Source: Hypanus sabinus
Lineage: Eukaryota
Direction: 5' to 3'
Length of the DNA: 64,000 nt
Assembly: GCF_030144855.1 (NCBI RefSeq)
Contig: NC_082710.1
Location: forward strand, 142,042,001 to 142,106,000
Part shown: one piece after another, positions 36,375 through 48,890 of the stretch
Layout of the letters: every line of letters starts with the position of its first letter
How positions within the stretch are numbered: the first letter of the stretch is position 1
Position numbers and translations under genes: made by a program
Notes under the pieces: model-generated
Told to the model about the DNA's origin: nothing
What the model saw: the letters and a program-made list of their open reading frames with translations, nothing else
Databases searched by the model: none

Positions 36375-37178
36375 TAGGGTAGAGCAAAGTCTCGATGGCA
36401 CTAAACGGCAACTCCTTTGCTTGCATCTTCAGAAACAACTCTATTTCTATCTTTGATATCTCATTTTTGTCCTTCCCAAGGTTCTTTTGAAGACCCTGGA
36501 GTTACACTCTAACTTCTGTTCTCTGTGGGAATAGGACCCACCCTCAGGGCCTTACGATCGGCTGCTTTTTGATATCACAAGGATGCAGCCTAGAAGACCA
36601 GCGCACCTTCAAGGTGCCGGAATTTCATGGCTCCGGAGACAGGCTGGTTCAAGGCCGGTGCCCCTGGCTGAGGCGTCGTGGGAGAACAGGGAATGTCAGG
36701 AGAAGCGGGTTAGCTGTTGGTTGTGTGTCCAGAGACCTGAGCGCTTCTGGGGCTGATTCTCTGGGTGCAGAGCTCAGAAAAAGCGATGCAACAGACTTAA
36801 CATCATAAATCAGTGAGTTGTTTTTTATGTCTCCCTTCTCGCTGTGAAATGGGGACATCTATTTTTCCCTTATTAGGGAGAGAGAGAGAGCCTGTCGTAT
36901 GGCAAATTACCGAGTGAACAAGTAGTGTTTGGGGAACTGCAATTCTGTGTCTTTATTGATGCGTTGCTGCACCCTTGAGTGCTCGGTGGGGGACACTGAC
37001 GCTTTTTTGCTGGTTGGAGAGGGGTAGCTGGGGGGGGCTTTGAGGTTCTAACTTTTAACTGTCATTCAATCTTTCAGGCACTCCTCTGTTTTTGTGGATG
37101 TATGTGAAGAAAAGGAATTTCAGGATATATATTGTAAACATTTCTCTGACATTAAATATACATAATGAACCTATTGAA
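36375..37178 (+). mobile_element. Non-coding retroposon with a Rex-like 3' tail
   Basis: 3' portion shared with 48133-48890 (ctgtcattca...tttgtggatgt.tgtgaaga...gaatttcagg...attaaa). Confidence 0.6.
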
Positions 37179-37839
37179 ACACTCCCAGGGAACTGTCTGG
37201 GAATAATTTATTTGACAAATATCTACTACATTTTAGACACTTTATAACTTAAGATAGCTTACGTTTCTTACCTCCACTGAAAATAAGCTTCCTGTTAACA
37301 CATAGATAATATCCAGAACTCAGATTTTTTTGGATGCGGCTACAAAGGAGGTTGTAGCCTGGATTGTTGGACTTCTGTTCTGAGGAGAGATTGGATCGTC
37401 TGAGCTGTGTCTCTGCAGAGCAAAGGAGGTTTGTCCTGGTAGAAGTAAATTAAATTATAAGAGGGATCAAGGGAGTGGGTAGTCAATATCTTTTTCCCTT
37501 GAAATGGGTGCCAAAAGCATGACACTATTCCATTGTGTTCTTTGAGTGTTATCCTGGAGTACGTTGCATTTCCTCTGCAATCAGACAGGAATTCTCCACC
37601 ATGTTGTTGATTCCCTGTGGGCCTGAGATACTCTTCCTCTGCTTGGAGAGTTTGTGGCTGCGGAGTGAGTGGTGAGGAAGCTGGTGGAGAGCGAACTCTC
37701 TGGATGAGCGGCCCGAGCTGCTGGTAGCATAGCTAGGTTTGACTAATGGGCCATAAGCCTCTTTGTGCCTGTAATTTAATGTTACACATCCTTTGCAACC
37801 TGTACATCAAAGTACATATGTATAAAATGAGTTTTTAAA

Positions 37840-38032
37840 ATTTATTTATTAAGATAGAGCACAGTAATCACTTCGAGTCACAGTGCCCAGAAATCGCCAC
37901 ATTAACCTACCAATGTCTTTGGATGTGGGAGGAAATTCACGCAGTCACGGGGAGACCCCTTACAGGCAATGGCAGGAATTGGACCCGGATTGCTGGTGCT
38001 GAAAAATGTTCTGCTAATCACTACTCTGCTGT
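37840..38032 (-). mobile_element. V-SINE fragment
   Basis: tgtctttggatgtgggaggaaa, cacgcagtcacggggaga, ggcaggaattggacccgg. Confidence 0.7.
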
Positions 38033-38247
38033 CTACGCACTGTCCCAGATCATAGCTTCATGTACCAAACATGCAAAGTAATGACAACTAATTGAGCAGC
38101 GTCCTCTTGCCCCAGCAAGCTGGGTTCTGTCCTGAACTCTAGCACTCTCTGTGTGAAGTTTGCATCTTTCCTCCTGCACGACCTGCAGTTCTAGTTGTCC
38201 CATTAAAGGAAGGAGCTGGAACCTTTGTGAAATTGCCTCTTTATTAC

Positions 38248-38950
38248 GAGACCATAGGATATAGGAGCAGAATTCGACCATTTGGACCATTTGCTCCGCC
38301 ATTTCGTCATGGCTGATCTAATTTTCCTCTCAGCCCAATCTCCTGACTTCCTCCCACATCCCTTCATGCCCTGATCAATCAAGAATCTATCAATCTCTGC
38401 TTTAAACATATATAAAGACTTGGCCTTCACAACTACCTTTGGCAAAGAATTCCAGAGATTCACCACTCTCTGAAGTTCCTCCTAATCTCCATTCTAAAAG
38501 AATACCCCTCTATTCTGAGTCTGTATCCTCTGGTCTTAGAATCTCCAACATTGGAAATGTCCTCTCTGCATCTACTCTGTCAAGGACTTTCACCATTCAA
38601 TAGGTTTCAATGAGGTTAACTTTCATTCTTCTGAATTCTAGGCCCTACGGGCCCAGAGCCATCAAACACTATTCATATGACAAGCCATTCAATCAGAATC
38701 ATTTTCATGAATCTCACCTTTGAACCCTCTCCAGTTTCAGCACATCCTAAGATCAGGAGCCAAAACTGCTCACAAAACTCCAAGTGAGGCCTCAATAGTG
38801 CTTTATAAAGTCTCAACATTGCATCCTTGATTTTATATTATCGTCCTCTTGGAATGAATGCTAACATTGTATTTGCCTTCCTCACCACAGACTCAACCTG
38901 CAAATGAACCTTTAAGGAATCCTGCTCAAGGACTGCCAAGTCCCTTTGCG
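38248..38950 (-). mobile_element. CR1 3' fragment
   Basis: ORF 38203-38466 VNLWNSLPKVVVKAKSLYMFKAEIDRFL; gaccataggatatagg tail. Confidence 0.88.
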
Positions 38951-38974
38951 CCTATAGGATATAGGATAGTAGCT

Positions 38975-39375
38975 ATAAAGAGAGGGTGGACAAAGTTGGG
39001 CTGTCTTCTCTGGAGTGTAGGAAGCTAAGAGAAGACCTGATAGGTGAAAGGCATAGACAAGGATGGACAGTCAGAGTTTTTTTCCCATGATAGTGAGACA
39101 CGGCAATTTTAAATCACCTTTACAAGGTAAGGCTTTTGACACAGAGTGTCATAGGTGCCAGAAGCAGATACAACAGCAATGATTAAAAGATATTTAGAAG
39201 GACACAAGGGCAGACACAGAATTGAAGGAGATAGACAACATGCAGGCAGATGGGATTAGTTAGGTGGTCATCATGGGCCAAAGATCCTGATGAACATTCT
39301 GCATTCATGATTAACACAGTCCCAGTGGTCCAAAGTCCTTGTTTTCATGCCATATCTCTCTCTGACTCCACAACA
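38975..39375 (+). mobile_element. Decayed CR1 3' fragment
   Basis: agctataaagagagggtggacaaagttgggctgtcttctctggagtg (SY.ER.DKLGL.SLE). Confidence 0.65.
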
Positions 39376-39964
39376 ATGACAAAAGTTTTCATTACAGTCC
39401 CCAAGATGTCCTTGCTTGTAACGTGTCCTGCTATACTGGAGGTGAAAATACTTTGATGTCACCTTAAAAATGGAGATGCTTTTTAATTTAAAGGCACAAA
39501 ATCAATTACCAATGCAATAAAGCCATGTCAAATGAGAGTCCGTCTCTTGCAGAATACCTTGGCCAAAAAATTCTTCAAGAGACTTATATAGATATTGTAA
39601 CCATGATACAGGTTTAAGCAGAATCAATTCTCGTGGGCTTTAATCATTATTTTTAAATCGTCTTTTATTTTTAGATTTCCTTTTCCCAATGAAACATATT
39701 CTGCCAGAGAAGCATAAATGTAACATGTACATTGGAACCTCCAAGATCCTAAAGAATGCAGCATATCAAGGAAGCTGGGCTGTAATTAACCACATTGGGA
39801 TTGCATAACACAGATCGAGATTATGTTTTGTGCGCTATCAATTTCCCAGAACACTTCCAGATGTGGTACTTTAGGATACAAAGTTACCTGGGATAGAAAT
39901 GCATCTTGTGGTTACTGGTGCTGAGCAGATATAGGAACCTCTTCAGTTGTAGTCCCTCCGTACA

Positions 39965-41020
39965 TAGAATTAAAGATAAAAGTGAACTTTCTTTGTCACG
40001 TGCATCAAAACATTGAAACATACAGTGAAATGGGTCGTTTGAGTCAACAACCAAAGTTCAAAGTAAATTTATTATCAGAGTTTGTATACTATATACAACC
40101 TTGAGATTCATTTTCTTTCAGGCACCAATGGGAAAATGAAGAAATAGAATAAAGCCGATGGAAAAACTATCCATAACAAAGGCAGACTCCCTGAAAGTGA
40201 GTCTACAGGGCATGGAGTTAGTTCAGCACTGAAGTGAGTGAAGTATCCATGCTGGTTCAGGGTGGTGGGAAAGAAGTATTCCTGAAGCTGGTGACATGGG
40301 ACCCCAGACTCCGGCACCTCCTGCCCAACGAGATAGGGAGATGGGTCAAATGCAGGAAGATGGGACAGGCTCGGGTGGGGGATCTTGGCTGGTTGAGAGT
40401 AGTGGTGCTGAACACCAGTCCATCGTCTGCTCTTGGGCCTCGATGGTTTAGTCTGGCTTGAAGTTTGCCCCAGTGCTTTCACTTCCAGCGATGCTGCCTG
40501 GCCTGCTGTGTTCCACCAGCATTTTGTGTGTGTTGGGGAAACAGTATACGCAGTAGCAATAGTATGACAACAAGGGCAAAATAGCAGAATGGTGCAAAGT
40601 ATAGTGGCACAATCTGAAGTAGTGAAGAATGAAATGCAAAAGTGACAGCAATCGGAAAACTGAGAATGAGAAGGCACCATCAGGAGGACGATGTGAGAGA
40701 GCTAATTGGTTCAGGAGTCCGACAGCAGTGGGGTGGAAGCTGTTTATGAGTCCAGGGATTCAAGCTCCTTTATCTTCCCCAGCAAGTACAAGACAGAAAA
40801 GTGAATGGCCAGGGTGGCAGGTGTCCTTGATAATACTGTTAGCATTCCTGAAGCAAAACGCTGTGAAAATAGAGAGGGTGGAAGGAAATGACAACCCAGT
40901 GATAGACTGGGCTGTGTTCACCTCTCCCTGCAGGTTCTACTGGTCCAGAGCAGAGCTGTTTCCATCACAGGCTGAGATACAACCCATTAGCACATCTATT
41001 GAGGTTTGAGAGAATCCTCT
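39965..41020 (-). mobile_element. Stack of antisense Rex1/Babar 3' fragments with a Penelope piece at ~40445-40535
   Basis: Tails at ~39980 and ~40053 (aaagttcaaagtaaatttattatc); gtggaagctgtttatgagtcc core at ~40735. Confidence 0.65.
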
Positions 41021-41439
41021 TGGACTCCTAAGTGACTGTATTAATAAATCCAATAGGGAACTCAGTAGAAGCTTCAATATGCTTGGAATGGAAAATGGTT
41101 GAGATTTAAGGGAGAAAGGATTGGAGAGTTATAGTTAATAGGATTAGATGGAGCAATCTATGGGCACCAGTTGCATCAGCAGGTCTGATGCATGGTTCTT
41201 TCAATGTAACAGGGTGAGCAATGTCCTGTTGATAGTTACCTCTTAACCGCTAGTGGATTTCTCACTGAAATGGGTTGGAATACATAAGGCAGCTACAGTA
41301 TTTTTCTCAAAGGATTTTAGAGGTCAATTGATATTATTTCACCGGCCTGTGATTCTAGTGAGATTAAACATTTCCGAAAATGATGGAGTCATTCCAGGAT
41401 GATATTTGGCCCATTGAAACCATCCCATCTCCTAATATA

Positions 41440-42050
41440 GTAATTTTATTTGGTTCAGTTTCAAGTTTAATTGTCATTCAATCATTCATGAATATCCATG
41501 AACACAGCCAAAAGAAACAGTGTTTCTCCAGGGACAAGGCACAAAGCAGAATACCAACAGTCACACACAGCACAAAGCACATATAAGATATCGGTAAAAT
41601 ATAGTCACACAAAAAAAAATATAGTCCAAGAGCCTGCGTCTATGAATGTTGCAGAAATCCGAAGTTGAACACAATATAGCTTGTCTTCTGCCGAATGAAC
41701 ACCGGGGGCAGCACCGACTCTAGTGTGTACGCCGTAACACACCACCTCCAGCTGAGCGCACCGACTCTGATACCTCTTTCCAGGTAGCACTGCAGCTGGA
41801 GGCCAGGCCCTCACTATGTCCCAGGCCGCGTGGCTCTCCTCCCGCCCACCCACAAGCCAGTGAATCGGACACGCATCATTCCACGTTAACAACAGGGTCT
41901 TGCGATCACAAGAAAAGTGACTAGGATGATCACCCGCTGTAAGAATGCACACCGTCTTCGTGCACCAGCCCCTCTGTCGCAGGCGGCAGCAGGATCCGCA
42001 CCGTCCAGCTCCTTCAGTCTCTCCACCAATAAGCAACTCCATCGAAGCTT
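41440..42050 (-). mobile_element. Non-coding CpG-rich element with a Rex-type tail
   Basis: Tail ggttcagtttcaagtttaattgtcattc at the left end; GC-rich body without a recognisable ORF. Confidence 0.5.
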
Positions 42051-42409
42051 TTTACACATCCATCCAAGTTATTCTCCCTCTGCTGCCTATTCAATTCCAT
42101 TATCCTATGAATTCTACCTTGTAGCTATTGCCTGAGTAAATATACTTCAACTCAGGTTCCTTTTGTTATTTTTCTACAGAACACTGACACTGTAAGGGTT
42201 ATATGTTAAGGGGAACAGTTTCTTGCTACCTACACTGTCTATACCACTCATGGTATAGTACACCTCTATCAGATCCCTCCTCAGCGTTACTTACCTTAAA
42301 GAAAAGAACCACATTGTGCCCAGTCTCTCGCCATAGCTGAATTGCTCCATTCCAGGAAACCTCCTGTTGAAACTTTTCCTCCTTTCTTCAGCACAGTCAC
42401 ATCCAGATA

Positions 42410-43760
42410 AGGTGAGCTGATGCATTTTGCAAAGACAGTTGAGGGGAGGACTTTCACAGTGAATGGTAGACCCTGAGGAATATTATATAAGGGAAGGAAC
42501 TAGGAGTACATGGCTTCTTGGTAGTGGTGTTGCAGATATACAGGGTGGTAACGAAGGTTTTTGTCATGCCGGTCTTCATCAGTTAGATTACTGAGTTCGG
42601 ATGTTATATTGCAGTTATAAAAGATTTTGCTGAGGCTGCATTTGGAATACCGTGTTCAGTTTTGGTTAGCCTGCTAAAGGAAAGATGCCATTAGACTTCA
42701 AATCGTGCAGAGGAGATTTACGAAGATGTGGCAGGACTCAAGGGATTGAGATATGGAGAGAAATTGAGCAGGTAGGAACTTTTTTCATTGAACCGTAGCA
42801 GAATGAGGAGTGATCTTACAGAGTTATACAAAATAATAGACTGAATATGCACAGTCTATTTCCCAGGAATCCACAACCAGAGAGCATAGGTTTCAGGTGA
42901 GCCGGAAATGCCTTAAAAGGAATTCTTTTTCACCCAGAAGGTGATCAGCATATGGAGTAAACTGCCAGAGGAAGTCACTGAGCCAGGTACATTAACAACG
43001 TTCAAAAGGTATGTGAGTAGGAAAAGTTTGGAAAGATTGTAGGCCAAACGTGGATAAATGGGGTTAGTTTAGATGGGAATCTTGTTGGGACAGGGGCAAA
43101 TGGGATTAGTTTAGATGGGAATCTTGTTGGGACATGTGCAAATGGGATTAGTTTAGATGGGAATCTTGTTGGGACATGGGCAAATGGGATTAGTTTAGAT
43201 GGGAATCTTGTTGGGACATGGGCAAATGGGATTAGTTTAGATGGGAATCTTGTTGGGACATGTGCAAATGGGATTAGTTTAGATGGGAATCTTGTTGGGA
43301 CATGTGCAAATGGGATTAGTTTAGATGGGAATCTTGTTGGGACATGGGCAAATGGGATTAGTTTAGATGGGAATCTTGTTGGGACATGGGCAAATGGGAT
43401 TAGTTTAGATGGGAATCTTGTTGGGACATGTGCAAATGGGATTAGTTTAGATGGGAATCTTGTTGGGACATGTGCAAATGGGATTAGTTTAGATGGGAAT
43501 CTTGTTGGGACATGGGCAAATGGGATTAGTTTAGATGGGAATCTTGTTGGGACATGGGCAAATGGGATTAGTTTAGATGGGAATCTTGTTGGGACATGGG
43601 CAAATGGGATTAGTTTAGATGGGAATCTTGTTGGGACATGGGCAAATGGGATTAGTTTAGATGGGAATCTTGTTGGGACATGGGCAAATGGGATTAGTTT
43701 AGATGGGAATCCTGCTGGGCAGAAGGGCTTTTTGCCATGCTGTATGACCCTCTGACTCTG
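42410..43760 (+). mobile_element. CR1 3' fragment whose 3' UTR contains a minisatellite
   Basis: catttggaataccgtgttcagttttgg (HLEY.VQFW), gtgcagaggagatttacgaagatg (VQRRFT.M); the tail resumes at 43712. Confidence 0.85.
43057..43711. repeat. 42-bp minisatellite, about 15.6 near-identical copies
   Basis: Unit AATGGGATTAGTTTAGATGGGAATCTTGTTGGGACATG(G/T)GCA starts at 43057, 43099, 43141 ... 43687; no spacers. Confidence 0.98.
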
Positions 43761-44289
43761 TGAAATCCTTTTTATAGAGCAGGCTACAATTACTCCAGAT
43801 TCTTCTTTTTGAAACATTCTACCAACTTTGTTTCATAACTCAGTTTCAAAATGCTGCAGTGGCAATTTCTGCACTGCTATTAACTGACTTTTACCTAAAA
43901 TACCTTATATTTATTACGACACACTAAAGGCAGTTAATGAGCAAGCTGACAAGTTTTCTTCTTCAATCTCTGAATGAAACCTTTAAGCTATTAATTGCAA
44001 CAACAAGATCTTTCATGTTGTGCTTGTCAGCAAACATAATAAAAACAGAAAAGTCAACTACTGTCAAATTGCTACAGATGAATTGATCAGGGTAAAAAGG
44101 TTAATTTTAATCATCTAATATTCAATTCATATGTGATTACAGCTTAAAATATATTCAGGAAAATCTCTGAAATATCATTCTTAAGGTGAAGCACAGGGAC
44201 GACTCGTGGGTAGCAAGCAAAAAAAGAAATTACTGTACTAATCAAACTTTTTCTCAGATATAATCTCTGCAATCAATACCCCACAACTT

Positions 44290-44879
44290 GCCTTTTGGAG
44301 CTGAGCTGTTGAACCACCAGTACGACCTGGCATTTTTGCATGGTGCGCTGAAGAGTCGAGGATGCAGCACAATTGCAGCATGGCCAAATCGAGGTGGCTT
44401 GGACCGAGTAGAAGAGGAGGGAATGAGTCAATGTTCGGCAACTGTTGGATGGACTTGAATGCAATTTGATAGGACCCGGGCCCAAGCCTGAAAGCAAGGA
44501 AAGGCTTCAGGCTTGATTAATTTAAGCACAGGGCCAGATTGAAAAGGTCAGAGGCAAGGGACGGGCCGGTTCAGCTCTTTGCAAGGTTTACTCGTCTCTG
44601 CGCTGAAATAAGGCTATGGCCTGCAGCGAATGGGCCCTTGAATCAGCTGCAGTGATGACTAGTTTCATGGCTGTGAACTTCTGAATGTTATTTGCTTACT
44701 TTTATTGTTTGCACAATTTGTTTTGTTTTTGTCTGCATATTGGGTGTTTGACAATCTTTTTTTAAACATGGGTTCTATTGGGTTTCTTGGTTCTGTGGTT
44801 ACCTGTAGGGAGATGAATCTCAAGGTTGTGTAGAGTATACATACTTTGATAATGAATGTACTTTGAACTTTGAACTTTA
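44290..44879 (+). mobile_element. Non-coding retroposon with a Rex-type tail
   Basis: Ends gagatgaatctcaaggttgtgtagagtatacatactttgataat...(ttgaac)n; no ORF. Confidence 0.6.
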
Positions 44880-45726
44880 AATAGAGAGGGGTGCTATTAC
44901 TTGTCTGGGAAAATCTCATGACAGTGTTCAGACAGGACAGACAAGAAAGCTCATCGACTGAGGCTCAACTGTGGGTGGAAATGAAGAATGAGAAAGGGAT
45001 AGCGAGTTAATGGGATTATATTGCAGACTATCCAATAGTGAGCAGGATTCAGAGGAGGAAATCTGTAGAGACATAGCAGATAGTTGCAAGAAAAATAAAG
45101 TTGTGTTAGTAGGTGATTTTAATTTTTCACATATTGGCTGGGACTCCCATACTGTAAAAGGACTGGATGCATTGAGTTTGACAAATGAGTTCAAGGAAGT
45201 TTCTTATTAAGTGCTTAGGAGTCCAAGGGGAGAATGTGATACTGGGTCTCCTATTAGGGAATGAGACAAGGCAATTGAAAGAAATGTGTGCAGGGGAACA
45301 TTTTGAATCTAGTGAACGTAATCACATTAGTTTCAAGGTAATTATGGAAAAGGAATGGACTGGCCCTGAGTAGTGAGATCATGTACCATAACAGGTGACA
45401 GAGGAGGAGCTTGCTGTCTTAAGGAAAATTAGGGTGGATAAATTCCCTACAGCCTGACAAGGTGCTCTATTGGATCCTGGGAAGGCTCGTGTAGAAATTA
45501 CAGGGACCATGGGGGAAGTATTTAAAATATCCTTAACCATTGGTGAAGTGTTGCTTTTTTTTAAAGAAAGGCCCTAAGAAAAAGATGGAAAATCATAGTC
45601 TAGTGAACCTGACATAAATAGTGCATAAATTATTAGAAAGTTTCCTAAGGGACAGAATATATGAGTATTTGGATGGACTGGCCTTATTAGGGATTGTCAT
45701 ATGTGATAGGTTGTGTCTTATGAAGT

Positions 45727-47330
45727 CCATCTCTGACATCTCTCAATCCTTTCCCAAACTCTCTTTTTCAATCTCTGGAGACAGTTTTCTGATATCTTTT
45801 ATGAGCCTACTGACTCACATCTATCTTGATCAGACTTCTACCCAGCTGTCACTTACAAAATCATTATTCTCCTTTCTCATTTCCTCTGACTCTGCCAGAT
45901 CTGTTCCCAATATGAGGCTTAATTTTCCAGTCCACCCCTTTTCCATAATTACCTTGAAAATAACGGGATTACAATGTCCTCCTGCTTTAAAGAACAATGT
46001 TTCCTTTGCTCTTACATCAATGTAGCCCTCACCCGCATCTCCTCCATTTCCCAGACATGCGCCCTCATCCCACCTTCCTGCTGCCATAACTGGGATGGAG
46101 TTCCTCTTGTCCTTACCAATCACTCCATGAGATCTTCACATCCAGAAAATCATTCTACATAACTTCTGTAGGATCTTCAACAGGATCCTACCACTAAATT
46201 CATCAGTCCCTACTCCTCCACTCCAACTCTCCACATTCTGCAGGGATTATCTTCCGTGATTCCCTTGTCCATTCATCCCTCTCCCCTGGTCTCCTTCCTG
46301 GCACATACCATACCGCTGCAAGTAGGACATTCTACACCTGCACCGTTACCTCCTCCCTTATCACCATTCAGGGCCCCAGACATTCCTTCAAGGTGAGGTA
46401 ACAGTACTTCTGATGCAGCCTCCACTTCATTGGTGAGGCCTGACATAGACCACTTTGTGGAGCACTTTTGTTTGCCAAAACAGGAATGAGTTTCTTAATG
46501 GCCATTTCTAATTTTACTTCCCTTCGCATTCCAATATGTCGGTCTATGGCCTTTACTATTTCCATGATGAGGCTGCTCTCAGGTTGGAGGAGCAACATCT
46601 CATATTCCATCTAGATAGCTTTCACCTGATAGCATGAACGTTGAATCCTTTAACTTCTGGTAATTTCTCCCTCCTCCCTCTTTTCTCTTTTCTCATTGTC
46701 TATTCTGGTTCCCTTTTATCCCTTCTATTCTTTTCACCTGCCAATATCCTCCCACTGGTGCCCTTCGTCCTCCCCTTTCTTCAGTGGTCCTCTCTCCATT
46801 CCTATCAAATCCCTTCTTCAGTCCTTCATCTCTTCCACCAATCACCTCCCAACTTTTTACTTCATACCTCTTCCACCCACTCTCCTGCTGCCTCCAATGG
46901 TTTCACCTAACCTACCAGCTTATAATCCTTCCACTTCCCCTAGCTACATATTCTGGCTTCTTTCCCTTTCATTTCAGTACTGATGAAAGGTCTTGGCACA
47001 AAGACCTGTCTATAGAATTCTTTGCCACGGTCAGCTGTGGAGACCATGTTGTCATGTGTGTTTAAGGCAGATTCTTGATTAGTCAGGGCAGCAAGGGTTA
47101 TAGGGAGAAGGCAGGAGACTGGGACTCAGAGTAAAATTGAATCAGCCATGATGAAATGGCAGAACAGATTTGAATGGTCAAATGGCCTAATTCTGCTCCT
47201 ATATCTTATGGTCTTTAAATATCATCTGTTTATTCCTCTCCATCGACACTGTCTGACCTGCTAAGTTCCTCCAGCATGCTCTGCGTACTGCTCTATATTT
47301 TCAGCATCTGCAAAATCTCTTGTGTTTACA
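45727..47330 (+). mobile_element. Penelope-like element fragment (RT C-terminus, linker, GIY-YIG remnant, terminal repeat)
   Basis: SISGD...DIFYEPTDSH.YLD...SHFL*LCQICSQ; IQGPRHSFKVR; RLEEQHLIFHLDS; pyrimidine-rich UTR then cagtactgatgaaagg; a CR1 tail interrupts at ~47030-47215. Confidence 0.85.
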
Positions 47331-48132
47331 GTCTTAAAGAGTTTTTCAAGGAGATTGCTAGGAAACTTGATGGAGGAAAGGTAGTGGATGTTGTCTACAT
47401 TGACTTTAGCAAGTCTCACATGGGAGGCTAGCCCAGAAGGTACAGTCACTTGACATTCAGGATGAAGTAGTACATTGGATTCAACATTGGCTTAGTGAGA
47501 GAAGCCAGACAGTGATAGTAAATGGTTCCCTCTCTGACTGAAGGACTTTGACCATTGGGATCGGTGCTGGGTCTGTTGTTGTCTATTATCTATATGAATG
47601 TTTTGGATGTTAATGTGGTAAACTCGATTAGCAAATTTATGGATGACACCGACTGGGGGCATAGTGGACAACGAGGAAGGCTATCATGTCCTGCATGAGG
47701 ATCTGGACCAGCTGGAAAAATGGTAGTTGGAATTAATGCAGACTAATGTAAGGTTGTTGCACATTGGGACCATAAACCAAAGTAGGGCATATACAGTAAA
47801 TGGCAGGGCACTTAAACATGTGGAAGAACAAAGGGGTCTGAGAATACAGATCCATAATTCCTTGAAATTGGCATTACAAGTCAAGTGGGTCATAAAAAGA
47901 GCTTTTAGCACATTGGCTTTCATAAATCAGAGTATTGAGTACAGGAGTTGGGATAGTTTTTTGATGTGTACAGTATAAATGTTGGTGAGGCCATATTTGG
48001 AGTATTGTAAGCAGTTCTGGTCATCTACCTTCTGGAAAGATATCAATGACATTGAAATAGTACAGAGAAAAGTTACGAGGATGTTGCTGGGACTCAAGGA
48101 ACTGAGTTATAGGGAAAGGTTAAATAGGTTAG

Positions 48133-48890
48133 GGAGGAGTGGGAGGAGCTAAAGATGACACCGGAGATTTTTGTGGACCTGGGTGACTTCTTCATTTGCA
48201 CAACAGTTTAAATCTCCTGTTCTCATGCCCTTTTACCCCCTTTTCAAGGTGGCTGTGGTCCTGTCAGAGTCCATGAGTTGCAGCTACATTCAAGCTTCAT
48301 TCTTCATGGGTGGTGGGTTCTCGCTCTCGAAGTTCGCCGAGAGGCCTGCGTTTCAGGATCTCGAGGAGCAGCTAGGAAGATGTGTGCCTTTGGTTGCAGC
48401 CCTGTGGATAACCAGATTCCACACTGATGTCGCTAACTGAAGCAGCATGGGAGATCAAAACACCAAGACAGCAGGCACAGCTGACGGAGGCATCTGCACT
48501 CGAGTGATCTCGAGAGAGAGAGAGACTCTGCTGGCTCTCAAGTCAGGGGAACTTGAATAAGCAAAACTGCGGACTGTAACATCGAAACAGCGAGCTGTCG
48601 GCCTTCCCTCTCACTGTGGCAGGAGCGACATCTCTCTCTCTCTCTCTCATTAGTAAGTGTTGGGATGGACAGTAGTTTTTTTATGGACTTTTAATCATGA
48701 TCTGTGGGACTTGTGTGGTGTTTTTCATGCTGCTTGTGCATGGAAGGGGAGTGAGCTTTGAGATCCTAACATTCTTCTGTCATTCATTCCTTGGGGATTT
48801 TTTCTCTGTGTTTTGTGGATGTCTGTGAAGAGTAAGAATTTCAGGTTTTATACCGTATACATTCTCCAATATTAAATTGAACCTTTGAAC
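48133..48890 (+). mobile_element. Non-coding retroposon inserted in CR1
   Basis: Interrupts CR1 aataggttagg|actttcttttccctagagc; begins ggaggagctaaagatgacacc and ends with a Rex-like tail (ttgaacc). Confidence 0.68.

Noticed and set aside
43057-43711. CRISPR array
   Set aside because: Units are head-to-tail with no unique spacers, there are no cas genes, and the unit is continuous with a CR1 3' UTR.
43002-43817. 271-aa repeat protein as a real gene
   Set aside because: A 42-bp unit with no stop in one frame automatically gives an ORF; it is antisense to a LINE UTR and has no supporting gene structure.
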